In this document: positions 1 through 14,200 of the stretch, in pieces
How the letters are laid out: every line of letters begins with the position of its first letter
How positions within the stretch are numbered: the first letter of the stretch is position 1
Assembly (NCBI GenBank): GCA_030265395.1
Contig: JARFYF010000112.1
Coordinates: 18,046,525-18,105,123, forward strand
Source: Rhina ancylostomus
Lineage: Eukaryota
Length of the DNA: 58,599 bases
Direction: 5' to 3'
Translations under genes and position numbers: made by a program
Notes under the pieces: model-generated
What the model saw: the letters and a program-made list of their open reading frames with translations, nothing else
Told to the model about the DNA's origin: nothing
Database searches by the model: none

Positions 1-2034
1 TGTAAAATTTTTTTTTTATTTATGGCAAAATAAATTTGGTCCCAAACAAAAGTATCCAGCATTTGGTAACCTTTTTTTTTTAAACTGGTTTTAATTTTGG
101 ACATTTATAGAAAGGAAACAAAGCAGAAGCACTTGTCATATTTTCAGAAATATCCAATACTTAGCCAACATAATAATGTTTGAAGACCTCAATCAATCTG
201 TTTCTAGTGGTTTACATAGGTCATACAAAGTTTGTTACTCAAAAATCAATCTAGTGAATACCAACACAACTTTATGCAAAACTGCATAAATGAACCATTT
301 CAGAACAAGAACCATAGATATTGTGGAGTTTAGACATCACAAATCAGGAACCTTGCATAAAGTGACTTGAGTGGCTTGTAATAATTTGTTCTTTTTTGAT
401 GATAATTCAAACAGGGACTGTGAAAAGGTATTTGGCAATAGTTCCTGCACAGCAGCTTCCTTAGTAGTACTAAACTGCTGTTCTCAGTAAGATTTTTCTT
501 TAAAAATCTATACATGTATTAATGCACAAATATCATCCAAACATACCTTCAGCATTTGAGCTCCAGCTTTTAATACGGAACAGATCTCTAAGTGTTAAAT
601 TAATTCCAGCTTTGCTATTTTACATTTCTGAAGCTAATATCTCAGTGTTTATGCTTATTATAAACCTGCACTGTGACAGGTGCATGTCCATAGAAAAAGA
701 TAATTTCAGTAAATACACCTTTTACTACTAAACAATCTCTGACACCAGTGGAGAACCTTTCTCGTAAAAAAAAAACCCTGTAATCTAGAAAGTTTGTAGC
801 CTGGCAAATACAACCCATTGTAAAAGCCAGATTCTGTCCAGAAGGCCAAATAAACCCACTGCTACACAGTTTCAATCCTTTCAACCTTGCCCAATGTTCT
901 CACACTGGCATTACTATCACAGACATAAAACTCCCCAACAGCAAATACTGAAAAAACAATGGAATAAAAGCACTCCACAATAAAAAGACAACCTTCTGTG
1001 ACTATTAGTTTATACAAAACTCCCCAATGAAACATGGCTTTAAAAAAGGTTTAACAACAAAACCTTGACATTTCCACTTTCAGGGGGAGATTCTGTTCCA
1101 TTAACTGTCAAGTGGAAATGATAACTTTTAAACAGTTTTCCTTTCCTGACCCATGACCTGTGATTTATGCAATAAATGCATATTTCACATTAAATTCATT
1201 TCTGCACCAGTGCCACTGGCATCAGACTGGAGACACACCATAAGAGTAGCAGGCTGCTAAGGCAATGGTGAACTCAGGTTCTAGGTGTAATTAACAAGGT
1301 CAAGCCCGGAGATAACTGATTAAACCAACTTGCAGTACAATACTCAACCCAAACTTTATGGGACATCATTACATCCCAGCACAATCTGCAATACCAGGAG
1401 CTTTTTAGTTTCATTCTTTAACTACAGGACACCAGCACTATCAGTGAATGGGATTCAATTCTTTCTACAGACATGAACAAAACTGGAAGCTAGTTTGTAA
1501 TTACAAGCCATTCAAGTGACATTCTAATCATTTCAAATACACTTGTACTGTTAAATTATACAAGACCTTCTGTTGTTCTGCAGGTATTGGATCAAATCAA
1601 AACCTCAACCAGATTTTGAGCTGTCAATTTTTGCTATTGCATTAGAGAAGTTGGAGAGATAGTATGTGAACAGGCATTTTAGTGCAAGAAAAACATTGCT
1701 TTCTTTGACCTTCAGAACAAAATCATTGGTCAAACATTACAAATAACTAAATTATAACAAACTATATGCAAATCCTGGAATCTTAAAGTTGAAGCCATAA
1801 AGAATATGGACTATAGTAAAATGAACAAATTGTTTGGGTCAAGCTCCAAATACAAACCAAGTTTTCTTCCTACAAGTTTTACTTTTGTGGTTCTTTTTAA
1901 ATAGGTTAAATACAGAAATAGAAGGCGGAGATAAAAAGGGTGTCCAATTCTTTGGATTTAGCACTTCAGAATCCATTTTAATGCTTCAAGTAATAAAAAT
2001 TGCAAGTACAAGGCTTTTCTTTTCTTAAATTCAT
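1..2034 (-). other. MARF1: MARF1 3' UTR (~2 kb), candidate poly(A) signal AATAAA at 20-15
   Basis: Directly follows the stop codon, U-rich on the minus strand, no recognisable repeats, AATAAA close to the window edge. Confidence 0.6.
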
Positions 2035-2270
2035 TTAAATATTAATGGGAGATGCCATTGAGAAATTTGCTGCCAACTTCACTTTATTTCTGGGCTTCTT
2101 AACAGGGCTGTTAGTCACTTCCATGTGCCGTGGCCTGGATTCGTGCACATCTTGGGATACACTGGGAACATTCTCTTCCATCTGGTTGTTAAGATTGCCA
2201 CTGGTAAACGCCTCTTCAGTCATGGCTGTAGGAAGGACAGTTTTCTCCTCCTCTGTCAAGATCAACATGT
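2035..2270 (-). CDS. MARF1: MARF1 exon 27, coding part (MLILTEEEK...[16 protein letters not shown])
   Basis: aaacag|ACATG acceptor, TAA at 2037-2035, conserved KLAANFS terminus. Confidence 0.95.
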
Positions 2271-5200
2271 CTGTTTAGAAAATTGTACAGCATTACCAAC
2301 TTAAATCATTCCTTAATAAAATTGTAATTTTCCCTCTCCACCCTTCACTATTACTGTAGCTTTAATACAACAATTAGCATCTCCTACAATTTATTTGCTC
2401 TAGGTAACTATACAACAAGAGTTTCCTAGGAACTGCTAGAAACATACAGGCTGGGGCAGCCAGCATGGTGAGCTGGCAGACATTATACCTAGTGAGGATG
2501 GCAAACATTTGGGTGCTAGATGCACCCAAAGGCTGCATGCTGTGTGCCAAGGCTGTAAAGGAATGGGGAAAACACTGGCAAGGTCAGACTTCCAACAGAA
2601 AGGTTGGAATTATGTCAAAAAGCCACAAATTTCTCATCCCTATCATATTGTGGGATTCACAGCTTTACTTATAAAATACTGTATACTTATCAGAAAGATA
2701 AGGAAAAATTAAATTAATTTTTCACCTGCAACATTAGGTTCCTCAAACTGAATAAGATCAGTATTTTCAGGAATAACTGGGTCAGGTCTGAGCTGAGGGG
2801 ATGGCAAGCAGGATGGGACAGGTCCACACAGCAAGTCAATTGGAGATTGGTTACCAAGGCTGAGGAGCTCCTGTTCAATCTGGTTTGAACCTATGAAAGG
2901 TAACACAAGTTACAAAATTGTACATTACTGAACATACGGCACTATACACCATGCATTACCTTCCCATAAAAATTATGTACACATGACTTTTAGTACCAAA
3001 AAGGACTACATGAAAGATTGTGTAAATTTACATTAACATCTTCCTTATTTCATCAGTCCACAATACAAAGTATCATCATATCCACAGTTGAAATAGTCCT
3101 TTTATACTGGAAAAAATAATCAAGATTTGATGAAATATTATATTCTTGGTAGTTTTTGAACAAGTTTCCAAACTGCATTGAATGACTTCTTCAAATCTTT
3201 AGACTTGCTTTTGATGCTAATATAAATGATGCTAAATACTAAAATGATTTATTTGCAGGCTATTGTTATCAAGGCATTTGTAGCCTCTAGAGGGTGGTCT
3301 TAAAGAAGCCTTTCTTGGAACTAGCTCAGTTGCTTTCAGAATGCAAGTTCCAAAATAGCAATGAAGGAAGGGCATTGTGTCCAAATCAGAGAGATGGAAA
3401 TAAGATCAGGTGTTGCTTCTATGCACCTGTTACCTACATCCTTCTGGATAGATGATATTGTGGCTTTGAAAAGGTGCTGAATAATTCTATTCCAGGTCCA
3501 GAGGACCAATTGTTTTCATATAATTGGCTTACAANNNNNNNNNNTTCGAGTTCTCCAAAACCAAGGTTACTGGCCGTTTTGGGTCTTCTTGTATCTGCTC
3601 AGGTTCTTCAACCATTAGCGCAGGGGAACAACTGGCAGAGCTGTTTTGAACTTTGGGGATGAAGAAGAAAGCATTGGGAATGTAGTTAATTTATTATGAA
3701 AAAGATTTGGAGAAACGGGCTGGAATTTTGCAGTCAAATGGAGGAGTGATTACACTCGCCAATGACCTTGAGTAAAGCTTCCCACAAACATCTGGTGACC
3801 TCTGCAGTATTCCACTGTTTTGACAATGTTTGTTGTTGGACATCAAAGGTGATCGCTGGCATCCAGCAACAATGACATCATCTTATCTACTGATTAAATA
3901 TTTGTGAAGTACAATAAAGATCTGAACATACATGAGGTGTGAGCTGAAGTATCAAGTTTTAACAATATAATTTTAAAATATTTGATTAACAATATGGATA
4001 CAATTTGTTTTTTGCACCGGAGAATTTGTTAAATAATTATTGCTTAACATACCATTAAAATCTCACTTTGGCTCAGGCATATAGCTCACTATTTTCAAAA
4101 TATTTTTCAGCAAGGCTAGTTCATAAATAAAATAATTTTCCTCAATTAATTGATTTTATTGCAGCAGCCAGTGCTGGGAAGACAGTTCAACCTATGGAAT
4201 CAATATAAGCAACTTTACAATTTCCACCTTAAGCTGCAGATGCACGGAAATCCAAGTTGCTATTAGGTTAACTCAATAATAATGGCACATGCTGGCAGTT
4301 TTTGGGTTATTATAATTACAAAACCAAGCCAAAAACCTCACAACTAGAAAGGTAACACTGCAGCACTAGAACAGCTTAAAAAAAGTGTAGTTCAATTCCA
4401 AATCCCTAAAAAGCAAAAATAAAAAAGTAAACCCAAGCTTGTTTCTCATGGTCATTTTTAACTTGATCTCCAATTATTCTAAAGTGATTTGGAATAAACA
4501 GCATAAATTCTTGCTTCGCGCATTACACAACTAGCAAAATGACGAGATAGGCACTTTAAAAACTGTTTAAACCTTTACCTTTCATGTCATTTTTTAAAAC
4601 CACTATTCTTTTTTGTCCATGCCCTTTTATCCAGATGACCTGTTTAAAATAGAAAAATTGCAAAATGTTTGAAAAACTTTACTTTAAAAGAAATTGCTGA
4701 TACCTAGTGGTCTTATGTAACCCAATGTATCGATCAAACTTGTGTTAAAGTTCTGTCGATTTTACCTAGACTTCAAGTTCAAAAATGGCAGAACTCACAA
4801 TAGTAATCTGTTCAACATTATGATCTAAAAATCAGAAAGTGCTGGGAATACTCAACTGAAACTCAGATGAAAAAAGGCATAACTCAGCCTAAGCCACTAA
4901 TTACAAGAATTACAAACTTAACACGCATACTTTACCTGTGGAATAGCAACAAGAAGATCCTCTATGCTTGCATACCCATATATTTTAGGCTGTAGCACTT
5001 CACCAGTGTACTTGTGGTAAGTGGAAGGAAATTCAGTCAGAAAAACTTGCTGATAGTGGTAGGTGTGTAACAAGGCTCTCACATTCTTAGCAAACTGGTA
5101 CACTTTGGTGAGTTGCACATATTCTTCTCCCGTGTCATCAGTGACTACCTGTAATACATTGACCCCCACAAAAAAATTTAATTAGCCACATTTTTTTCCC

Positions 5201-8200
5201 CACCCAAGTACTGGGGCAAGTTATTGCAACAGCCAGTAAAAGCCAAACTACCAGAAAGTAATAGAAACAATACCAAAAACATTTAACAATACCACAAACA
5301 TTGAAAATTAACTTTTTATGCCCTTGAAACTCCAGCCTTGACTGAATTTTCCTATCAACTAAAGATTTTCTGCACATAAAACTCTGATAATCTTTAATCT
5401 GGCCATTTGGAATTCCTGAAGGTTTGGTACCTGGGTCACCAACTAATATTTGGTGTGTTGCCTTGCAACTTGCCAGGGCCCCAGCTCTAAACTCCTTTAA
5501 ATTTACCAGGGTACTAAAGGAGGTGAATTAAAAAAAAGTAGTATTAATATGAACAACATCCAATAGTTGGGAAAAGCTGCTAATTTGGCAGAGTCCTCAG
5601 GTGTGCCAGATTATCAGAGTTTTACTGTAATATGAATAGAAATTAATCAATCCATACAAAGAGGGTTATAAAGTCACACATTACAATAGAGTAGCTCAAA
5701 CCATAGGAAACTATACATGTTATTTAAAAGCTGAGAAGCAAATGGGATCCTTAAACAACTGAGTACAGCACTGCAAACAAGGGGCTTCTTCTTCAAGCAA
5801 TTAGATGGAGCTTATCAATTTCTTGAGCAGCTTGAAACAGTTTTCATGCAAGGCATTAATGACTGTGCATCATATAATGGTGTTACATCAGTAAAATGAA
5901 GCGGGTTTCTTGAAGACAGCATCATAGTGCACTTACAACAACTTCCACTTGGTTCAGAAGACTACACAAACATCAAGCTGACTTTCTTACATAAGAAACG
6001 AAACTGGATAATTTCACAATTCATACCTCAACCAAGTATGGCAAACTCTTCAACAGTTCTGCCAAAGACACAAAACCATATTCAGATGGGACAAGAGGAC
6101 TTCCATAAGTGGACTCAAAACGTTTTTTAAGATCATCCACTCTCAATTGTGAAGTGTCATCTAGAGACATCAACAGCACTAAAAGTTGAGCAGTTAGGGT
6201 GCGAAGAGACTTCCTATTTATCAGTTGGAGCTGCTTACCCGCAGGTGTGTTAATAACCTTTCAAGAGAAAGTATACAATTTTAAAAATAAAATAAAAAAT
6301 CCAATGGAGAATTTGTAACAAAGTAACCATAAAATACCTTTGCAACATGGCAAAATTTCTGCATAAGTTCTCCAACAGTACTGACATCATAGTCTTGAAG
6401 GCGTAGAGAATATCCATAAGTATTGTTATACTCAGAAAGGAAATCAGATAGTATCATACAATTGTCCTTCTGTGACCGCAGTAATTTAACAAGTTGGGCT
6501 GTCAGTGCCTTTATTTGCTCATTTTCTGTTAAAACAAGAATTTTTTCCTCTCCACACTCCAGGACCTGGGGACAAATATTGTTAAATGCATCACAACTTC
6601 TTTAACACTGAACAAAGCATAAATGTAGTGTACTATCCAAATGGATAATGTTAGGTAGCTAATTGCTCAAAATAATCTAATGGAACAAAAAAAATTCAAT
6701 TTTGTATATATTGAAAATAAATAAGTGGCTTGCCACAAGATCAATAAGTTCATAGAGCTGAAGTGGATGAATAGTGAAAGATTGCTGCACTTGGATTCAT
6801 CAAAAAAAAACATGGCTAGTATTAACTTGGCTAACTGTGAATAACTATTTGAAAGCACCTTGCAATGTATGGATTTTGCTATTAGGCTAATGAAGATTAA
6901 TTACATGTTGTCACTTGTGTATACCATTGAATAAAAATAGTGGAAATATATCAGTAAATGTACTGGCAGAGGATCAAATTCATGGAAAATTCAAAAGAGC
7001 ATTCAAGTTTTAAATACTCAACTCTTCAAATGTGGAGCTAACTAACCAATTTTCTTGGCTTGTCCACTATACCAACAAGTTTAAGAATACTGGGCCAAAG
7101 CAATAAATTTAGTCTCAGCTCAAATTTTGCATATTTCAGGAATACTGTTCAATATAAGTTAACAATAATAAGTATGTAGATTGATTTTACACAAGTATGC
7201 ATAAACAATACAGAATAACCAAAAGGTACACACTCATTTTTAGTTTAACAGCAGTGAGAAAACATGGTTTTAAATGTTTAGACACTGCTCAATTTCTTAG
7301 GCTTAGCAAAATGTTATTTAATTTTCACATTCTTGCACTTACCTGCAACACTTCAGGTATTGATTCAAACAGTTCCATGAGCTTGTTAAAGCCATAGTAC
7401 GCAAGTTTGCACTGGCGTCCAAAATGGTGATGATACGTAGGTATAAATTTACTAAAGGGCATGCGGTAGTGAGACTGATGTCGCAATAGATCCACTACTT
7501 CTTTCGCAAATTGTTTTGTCCTCTCTATTTCCTCTGGAGTACGCTCTAAATTAAAATGTAGCACATTGAACAGAGTTTGAAGCTTCCAAAGTTATAAAAA
7601 GGGTTGATTGAAATGATGGCATATAAACAAATTTGAAACAATCCCAAATAAGCAAACTTTTACATTAACGCATGTGCAAGATGGTGCAATCGCACAATGT
7701 TTATAACCTCACTACATACCACCATCTGCTGGCCTTTGTGTGCAGCTGCTGGTAACTTTCAACACAGGGTCTTCATTTGAAAATATCCATGTATGTGACT
7801 GTGATATTAAATGCATGATCACAATTGTGTGATGGTTATGGCACTGATGAATGACTGAAAGGCTGCAAGTTCAAATCCAATCCAAGGATGTTATGAAATG
7901 GAGTTCAATGAAATCAGCAATTCGAGAACACTAGAAACTCCTTAAAGTGGTCTTAAGAATGCTCATAAATGCTCTTTGGGAAATGAGAACTGATGCACAC
8001 TACCCAATCTGTCCTAGAAACTAGGAATGCTAATAAATCCAAAAATATGAAAGTAGTAAATGAAAGTAATACAGAGGACAGGATGTGCATACACAAGCTT
8101 TGTGCCTGGATCTAGCTCCACTTTCTCCACAACCCTAAAATGTTTATATAACAAAACAAAAATCTATGCTGGGGTGGTGGTAGGAAAAAAGTCTGATGTG

Positions 8201-11200
8201 GCATGGGTGACTGCAAAGATGATATATTGAGTTAGCTTTAACTTCATATCAAAAACTAATTTACTTAATAGCTCAAAAATCATAATTTTTCTACTTCCTA
8301 TCACTGTATGCAAAGGTCTATAAGTAGATCACTTTCACTTTCTTTGGCAAGGTACAAACTACAGAGAAAAATTATAGCAATATGTAGTGGGCAAGTCACC
8401 AATATTTCACCTTTTTGCTCAGTGGCACGATCTCTGCCCAAAGAGGACGACAGGCACTGCCCTTGTGCAAGGACACACTCAATTGTGGCAATACATTCCA
8501 AGATCCTGTATCATTGCCCTAAATTTACATTTCAACAAAATGCCAAATCCAGTCATCTAACATTCAGAACAGGTTTAAATCCACTTTCAAGGCTTGCTCA
8601 TCCTTTAAGAAATACATCTCTGGAGGAGGAAGTCAACATGCCCTGGGGACTAACCACTATGTACTTGTACACTTTGCATTAGTAACGAGGCTGCTGATGT
8701 TGCTGATATTTCGAAAGAGAAACTCACAAACAAAAATACCATAAAGTTATGCCAAATATTACACTTCCTACAACAAGATCAAATTCAAAAAAGGTACCTC
8801 TCTTTGGGATAGAAATTACTGTATCTTCATCTTGTTTCGAAATACAGATTGTAGTATCTGGTATTTCCGAAAGCAGGTCAGCCAGTTCACACACACCATA
8901 ATCTGTGACATCCCAATCCTTTGAAAAACACCTAAGAGAACCAAACAAAGCAGAAACATTAATTGATTTTTGTGATCCATCGAGGAAAAGAATACCACTG
9001 TTACTTGGAATATGTTCCATAACTTAACAATATTTCCATCCAAGACTTTTCATGGTCACCAACTGTTAGAGGAGTCCTTTATTTTCCTGTCATTCTACTA
9101 TTTGATCAATTTGGGTATGGGATTCTCACAAGATCTGATGGTTTCTTTCTCTATCAATAACAAAAAGGCAAGGCAAGGATTAATGGCTCATGCTAGTGGG
9201 GGTGAATTCCAAGATTTAGAACTAGCAGCATTGAAGGGCACTGTGCACCTTGGAGGGGAACTGCAGGTGCAACTCCAGTGCATCTGCTGCCATTGTCCAC
9301 CTTGGTGGTGGAAAATGTGGGTTTGGGAGCGGCTGTAGCATTAGCCTAGGCTGGTAGCTGTAGTGTAGTGGGTGAATAGGACACACTGTAGCCATGTTGT
9401 GGTGGCAGTGGAGGTAATGAAAGTTTAAGGAGCTGGATGGGGTGCAATCAAGTAGGCTGCTTTGGCCCAAATGGCATCAAGCTTAATGTACTACTGCACT
9501 CATCCAAGCAAGCAGAGTATTCTATCATTCCTGACCTGTACCTTGTGGCTGGTGGAAAAGCTTTAGGCACAAAGCTTATATATGCACATCATGTCCTCCT
9601 TGCTTATGTGACTTTCATATTTTTTTAATTTATTGGCATTCCTAGTTACTCAAACTAGAAAGTAGGGTGGCATCTGCTGACCTACTCTGGGATCAGAGAA
9701 TGCGGGTCCAGTCTGGTTTAGTTTCTCATCAATGGTGATCCCCAGGATTTCAACAGCAAGGAATTTGATGTTGGCAAAGTGATTATGTCTGATATATAGG
9801 TGGCTAGAACATATCACTGGAGACTGTCATTGTTTGGAAATGCCATTTGTCATCTTTATAATGTCTATGCCTATGCAGAAGACCACTTCAGTTTCTGAGG
9901 AGTTGCTTCAGGTATTAAGAGTTTGTATCGGAAACAAAATTAAAATGGCGACCCAAAGTGGGAGTCTTAAATCTTCAATAATATTTTGCAGCAGAAAAAT
10001 TGAACTTTTCTAGTTTCAATCCAGCTGAAAACATGCAAAGACCCACCAAAACTAACTGCCCTGACTTGGACACACACTTAGAGGTCAGAGGGTGGCAATG
10101 GGAAGAAATGATTCAATATTGTGCTTTAGATTTTCTAATCAGGAGGAGACAGAGGCCACTATATGTTAAAGTAGAAGAACTCCATTCCTCACTTAAAAAA
10201 AAATCACAAAAATAACTGGTCAAGTAACCAAAATTAATTATGGAATTTTATGATACTTACCAGTGATACGCTTGTCCAAATTCTCTTATGAGCACCTGTT
10301 TGCTTGCCTGAGATTTAAGAAGTTTAAGTATATCTTGGGTAAAGCGTTTTACTTGTGCTCGGTGAGTTAATACAAGCAGGCGTTTGGTGCCCAAGCCAAG
10401 GATCTAAAACAGTCAGAAGAAATGGTCAGTTAAATGGTATTGCGAGGTGGTGTGCAACTTGGAGGAGAATTTGGAGGAGGAGCTTCCACATTACAAAATG
10501 TTTTCAAAACAGTAATCATTAGGTAATACATCATAACTGCAAAATTTACCCATGATAATTAAGGAGAGGTTGAGCTTCTCAGTTTTCAATAATTGAATTC
10601 AGAGTTAGTAAATCCTCCGCTGTTTGCTTGTATCAGGTTCTTAATTCCACTGTTCTGCAGAAGATGTTTTGCCCTATTGCTTTTTTTTAAAAAAAGTCCT
10701 TCATGTATATTCTTCGTGCTGCTTAGATATCTACCATTTTCTTGGAGATTTATCATTCAAGATCACACACGCATCTAAAATGTTTCATGGTTTTCATCTT
10801 TTGTACATCCTAGATAGTTTATTTGTTATTCATCCAAATTATTTCACTCTTGACCTTCGTATGATGCATTATGCAGATTTTTAAGTTATAATTTCTAGCA
10901 TACAGGTCCTGGCTGGTGTCCATATCCCATGCCTTCCTTATCAGGCAAGGATTTGTTTCTGTTTCATAATGAATTTCCTTATACATTTCCTAATTGATTT
11001 GGAATGGAATTGATTCCCTAATAAATTTGTATTTGAAGAGACAAGTACTAAATTCTAGACTTTCCCCTAATCAGCTCATGTTCTAATGGGTCAAGCTCAA
11101 AACAAAAGATGGTCAAAGGCCAGAGGTAGAAGGCCATATGATGGAAGAATGGGACAGAAAGTTAAATAGGTCTTAGTGCCAGGAAAAGAACAAAGCATCA

Positions 11201-14200
11201 AATGAGCAGTATCTTGCTAAGATCAAATGGGTAAAAATTTCAGGAAAAAGTAGTAAGACTGGGAGAACAGGAAAGGTTACCAATGATATCAAGCCAGTAG
11301 TACGGGGTAACAAAATAAAAATAATTAATTTTAAAGACAGTGGAAATAAAAGAATTTGTCAATGCACAACAAAAAAAAACAGGAACAACAGTATGGCAAG
11401 GACAGTTCTGTTAACAAGGCCAATATGATCTCCTCAGGGTAGGCAGTGATGGGCACAAGTATGTTCAACATCATACCCAGCCCAAGATTGTTACAAGTAG
11501 GGTTATGATGAATAGGAATGGCATTTAAAATACTTAATAGAAACTTAACCCAAATTTACTATCATCTTAATAGGTATACAATCAATTAGTACGTTCAAAC
11601 CAAAATTACAAACTACAACTTTTGCCTGCACATCCTACGAGTTGTTCTTGCTACATAGTTGCTGTTGCATTGAATCAGATAGTTCATAATTTTGATTGTT
11701 CATTACAAAAATCAATGCATTTAGCTATTTATTCAGTTAATATTTCTAAAACTGTATTTACCGAAAGAAAAACAGTACTTCAGGTCATGAGTATAAATGA
11801 TTTTCTTTCCACAAAACTCACCTGCAAAACATGAGGCACAGCTTCTAATAGCTCCATTAGCTTGGAATAACCATAGTCTGAAACTCTGCACTGTTTCCCA
11901 AAATGATGATGATAGGTTGGTATAAATTTGTGTTGAGATAGGAGGCAGTGAGCCTGGTTTTTCATTAGATCGATTATTTCTCTACTAAATTGAATGAGCT
12001 GAGGATTTCCCACTGGACTCTTACAGCGCAGCAAACAAGGATCTGCAGAAATAAAAAGGGTGAACAATTATTTAATTCTGCTGGCCAGTGAGCACGAAAA
12101 GGCACTTAATCAAGCCATATTTTGCAGTATTTATATATTACTCCAAATAAGTAAAAATCTCAGATTTTACCAGCAACAGCTCAATTTTCATTATTAAACT
12201 AATAGCAATATTTTAAATTTTCATTTGCCTGCATAAGAGTATCAGTTTCTGTCCAATTTTCTTGAAGCACTCCCAACTCCATTTACATTGTGTCTGTAAC
12301 ATATCAGAACCTCCCAGCATTTCATAAAGGTGTTAACAAAAGTAAGTAGAACGGCAGAGGCTCACATGGACCAGTTGGTATGAACGGTCCAGTTCTGTGC
12401 TTTAAAATCCTAGTCAATTATAAATTGACATTTATTGAGAAATGTTATCATAGACCAATAACAGAGGGTATAATTGCAATGCCAGTTTTCTGAGAGAGAT
12501 TTGGTTACAAATGTCATACAGAGAATTTATAATGGCAATACAAGGATACAACGAATGTTTATGATTGGGAATGATTAATGAATGTGTTTGTCCATTTATC
12601 CTCTGTACAGTAATATACCCAATTTTTTATTTTGACTAGAAATCTGATTGCATAGCATTATTCCATTGAAAATTGACCTTTTCCAGAGTGAAACACAAAG
12701 GGCCAGTTGTGCTTGACCTGGGTCATGATTTGTGCTCAATTCCCATGGCCACATGAACCTTTTGCAGCAGCACAGCTCCAATGCCCTGAAGGCAATACAA
12801 CATGGTTTTTTGGTCTGAGGATGTACCCCTGGACTACTGAGCCTTTTTGACAATTCTTCTGCTAGAAGGTCTTTTCTACCATCTCTAAATGTTTCTGATG
12901 ACTGGGGGCATTTTGAAATAGCCATTTAAATAATTAAAGAAATTTAAAATTAGAGAATATGTAAACTAAATTTTTTAGTTAATTTTTTTTAAAAAACATT
13001 AACATTAGGGGAAAAATGGCTTTCTATGCCATTTCAATAAAGATAGCAACTTCAAGGGCTGGCATAAAGCTGCAGGGCTGAGTATAAATTCTATCTACCC
13101 CCTCACCTTGGTATGTTACAGATATGTATCGTGTTCGATACTGTTACAATGCAGTGAGCAGCTGTGCAAATCCAGAATTCTTGATGCATGCACTAGAGTT
13201 AGTTAGCAGTTCTCTATAGAACCACCAGCCGCATCAAATAAAATTCAGTGCAAACTAGCCCATCCGAGCTCTTTGGTGTCACTCTCGAAGTTCGACCGGA
13301 CAGTCTCCTGCACGAGTTGTACTTGTGCTCTGATGTAATTTTCATAATAGTCTAGTGTCAAATGATCCAATTTCCCAAGCAACATTTCTTCTAGAGCATT
13401 GCCAGAGAAACTAGTCCATGCCACTCCAGGAGTAATCATCATTGGGTATTCCTTAGACAAAGGCATTTTAGTAGCATTGTACTTAAATGGGACTCCACAA
13501 AAGGAAAAGTTCATTATTTGTGTATTTCAGACTTCCAACCTCACCCAACAATCTGATTACCTCCCACCAAACTGTGACCCTGCTTCATGGTGGAAAGTGC
13601 ACATTTCAAACATTCAACCCCCATTCCACTCCTCCCAGACCAGTCTCCAGCCAGCTGACCACCCCAACCCCCAGTTGGTCCTGTCAGTCAACACAGAATC
13701 CCTAGCCCTGCCCACAACTACCAACTGATGCACGCAGGTTAAAATAATCCACAACTTGTGGAAGTACTTACAAGATAAAAATTACAATGTTAAAAAAATA
13801 GAAAAACCACTGCAATTGCATCTATACTTTGTAGGTCACAGATTAAATCATACCTTCTGTTAGCTTACCAGCATTAGGTGGCGGTGGATTGTTATGAACC
13901 CATTTTACAACTTTGATCCCATTCTGTGCTGTGACAATGTTAACACCAGGTACACAGGTTATGAGGTGTTCTAAAGGAACGCCGCCTTCGCCCTCTTCCA
14001 CTACCTTCAGAACTGTGAACTCAGATGCATAACAATCTAAAAAGCTACAAAAAAAATTCAGAATTTCTAGTTGAGAAAAATCACAATGGGAATAAAAGGC
14101 AATGGAAGGATGTAATCATAACAAAAACTCATACAATGTACAAAGCCCTCTCCCTTACACAAAAGTAGTTTTGAAACATGAATTTTGAAAATAGTGCTTG

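Noticed and set aside
920-990. Cluster of three CPE-like UUUUAU motifs in the 3' UTR
   Set aside because: Attractive for an oocyte gene, but such hexamers are common in AT-rich sequence and these lie ~900 nt from the candidate poly(A) signal.
9940-9955. YY1-like AAAATGGCG motif in intron 18
   Set aside because: Single isolated motif beside a LINE fragment with no promoter context.
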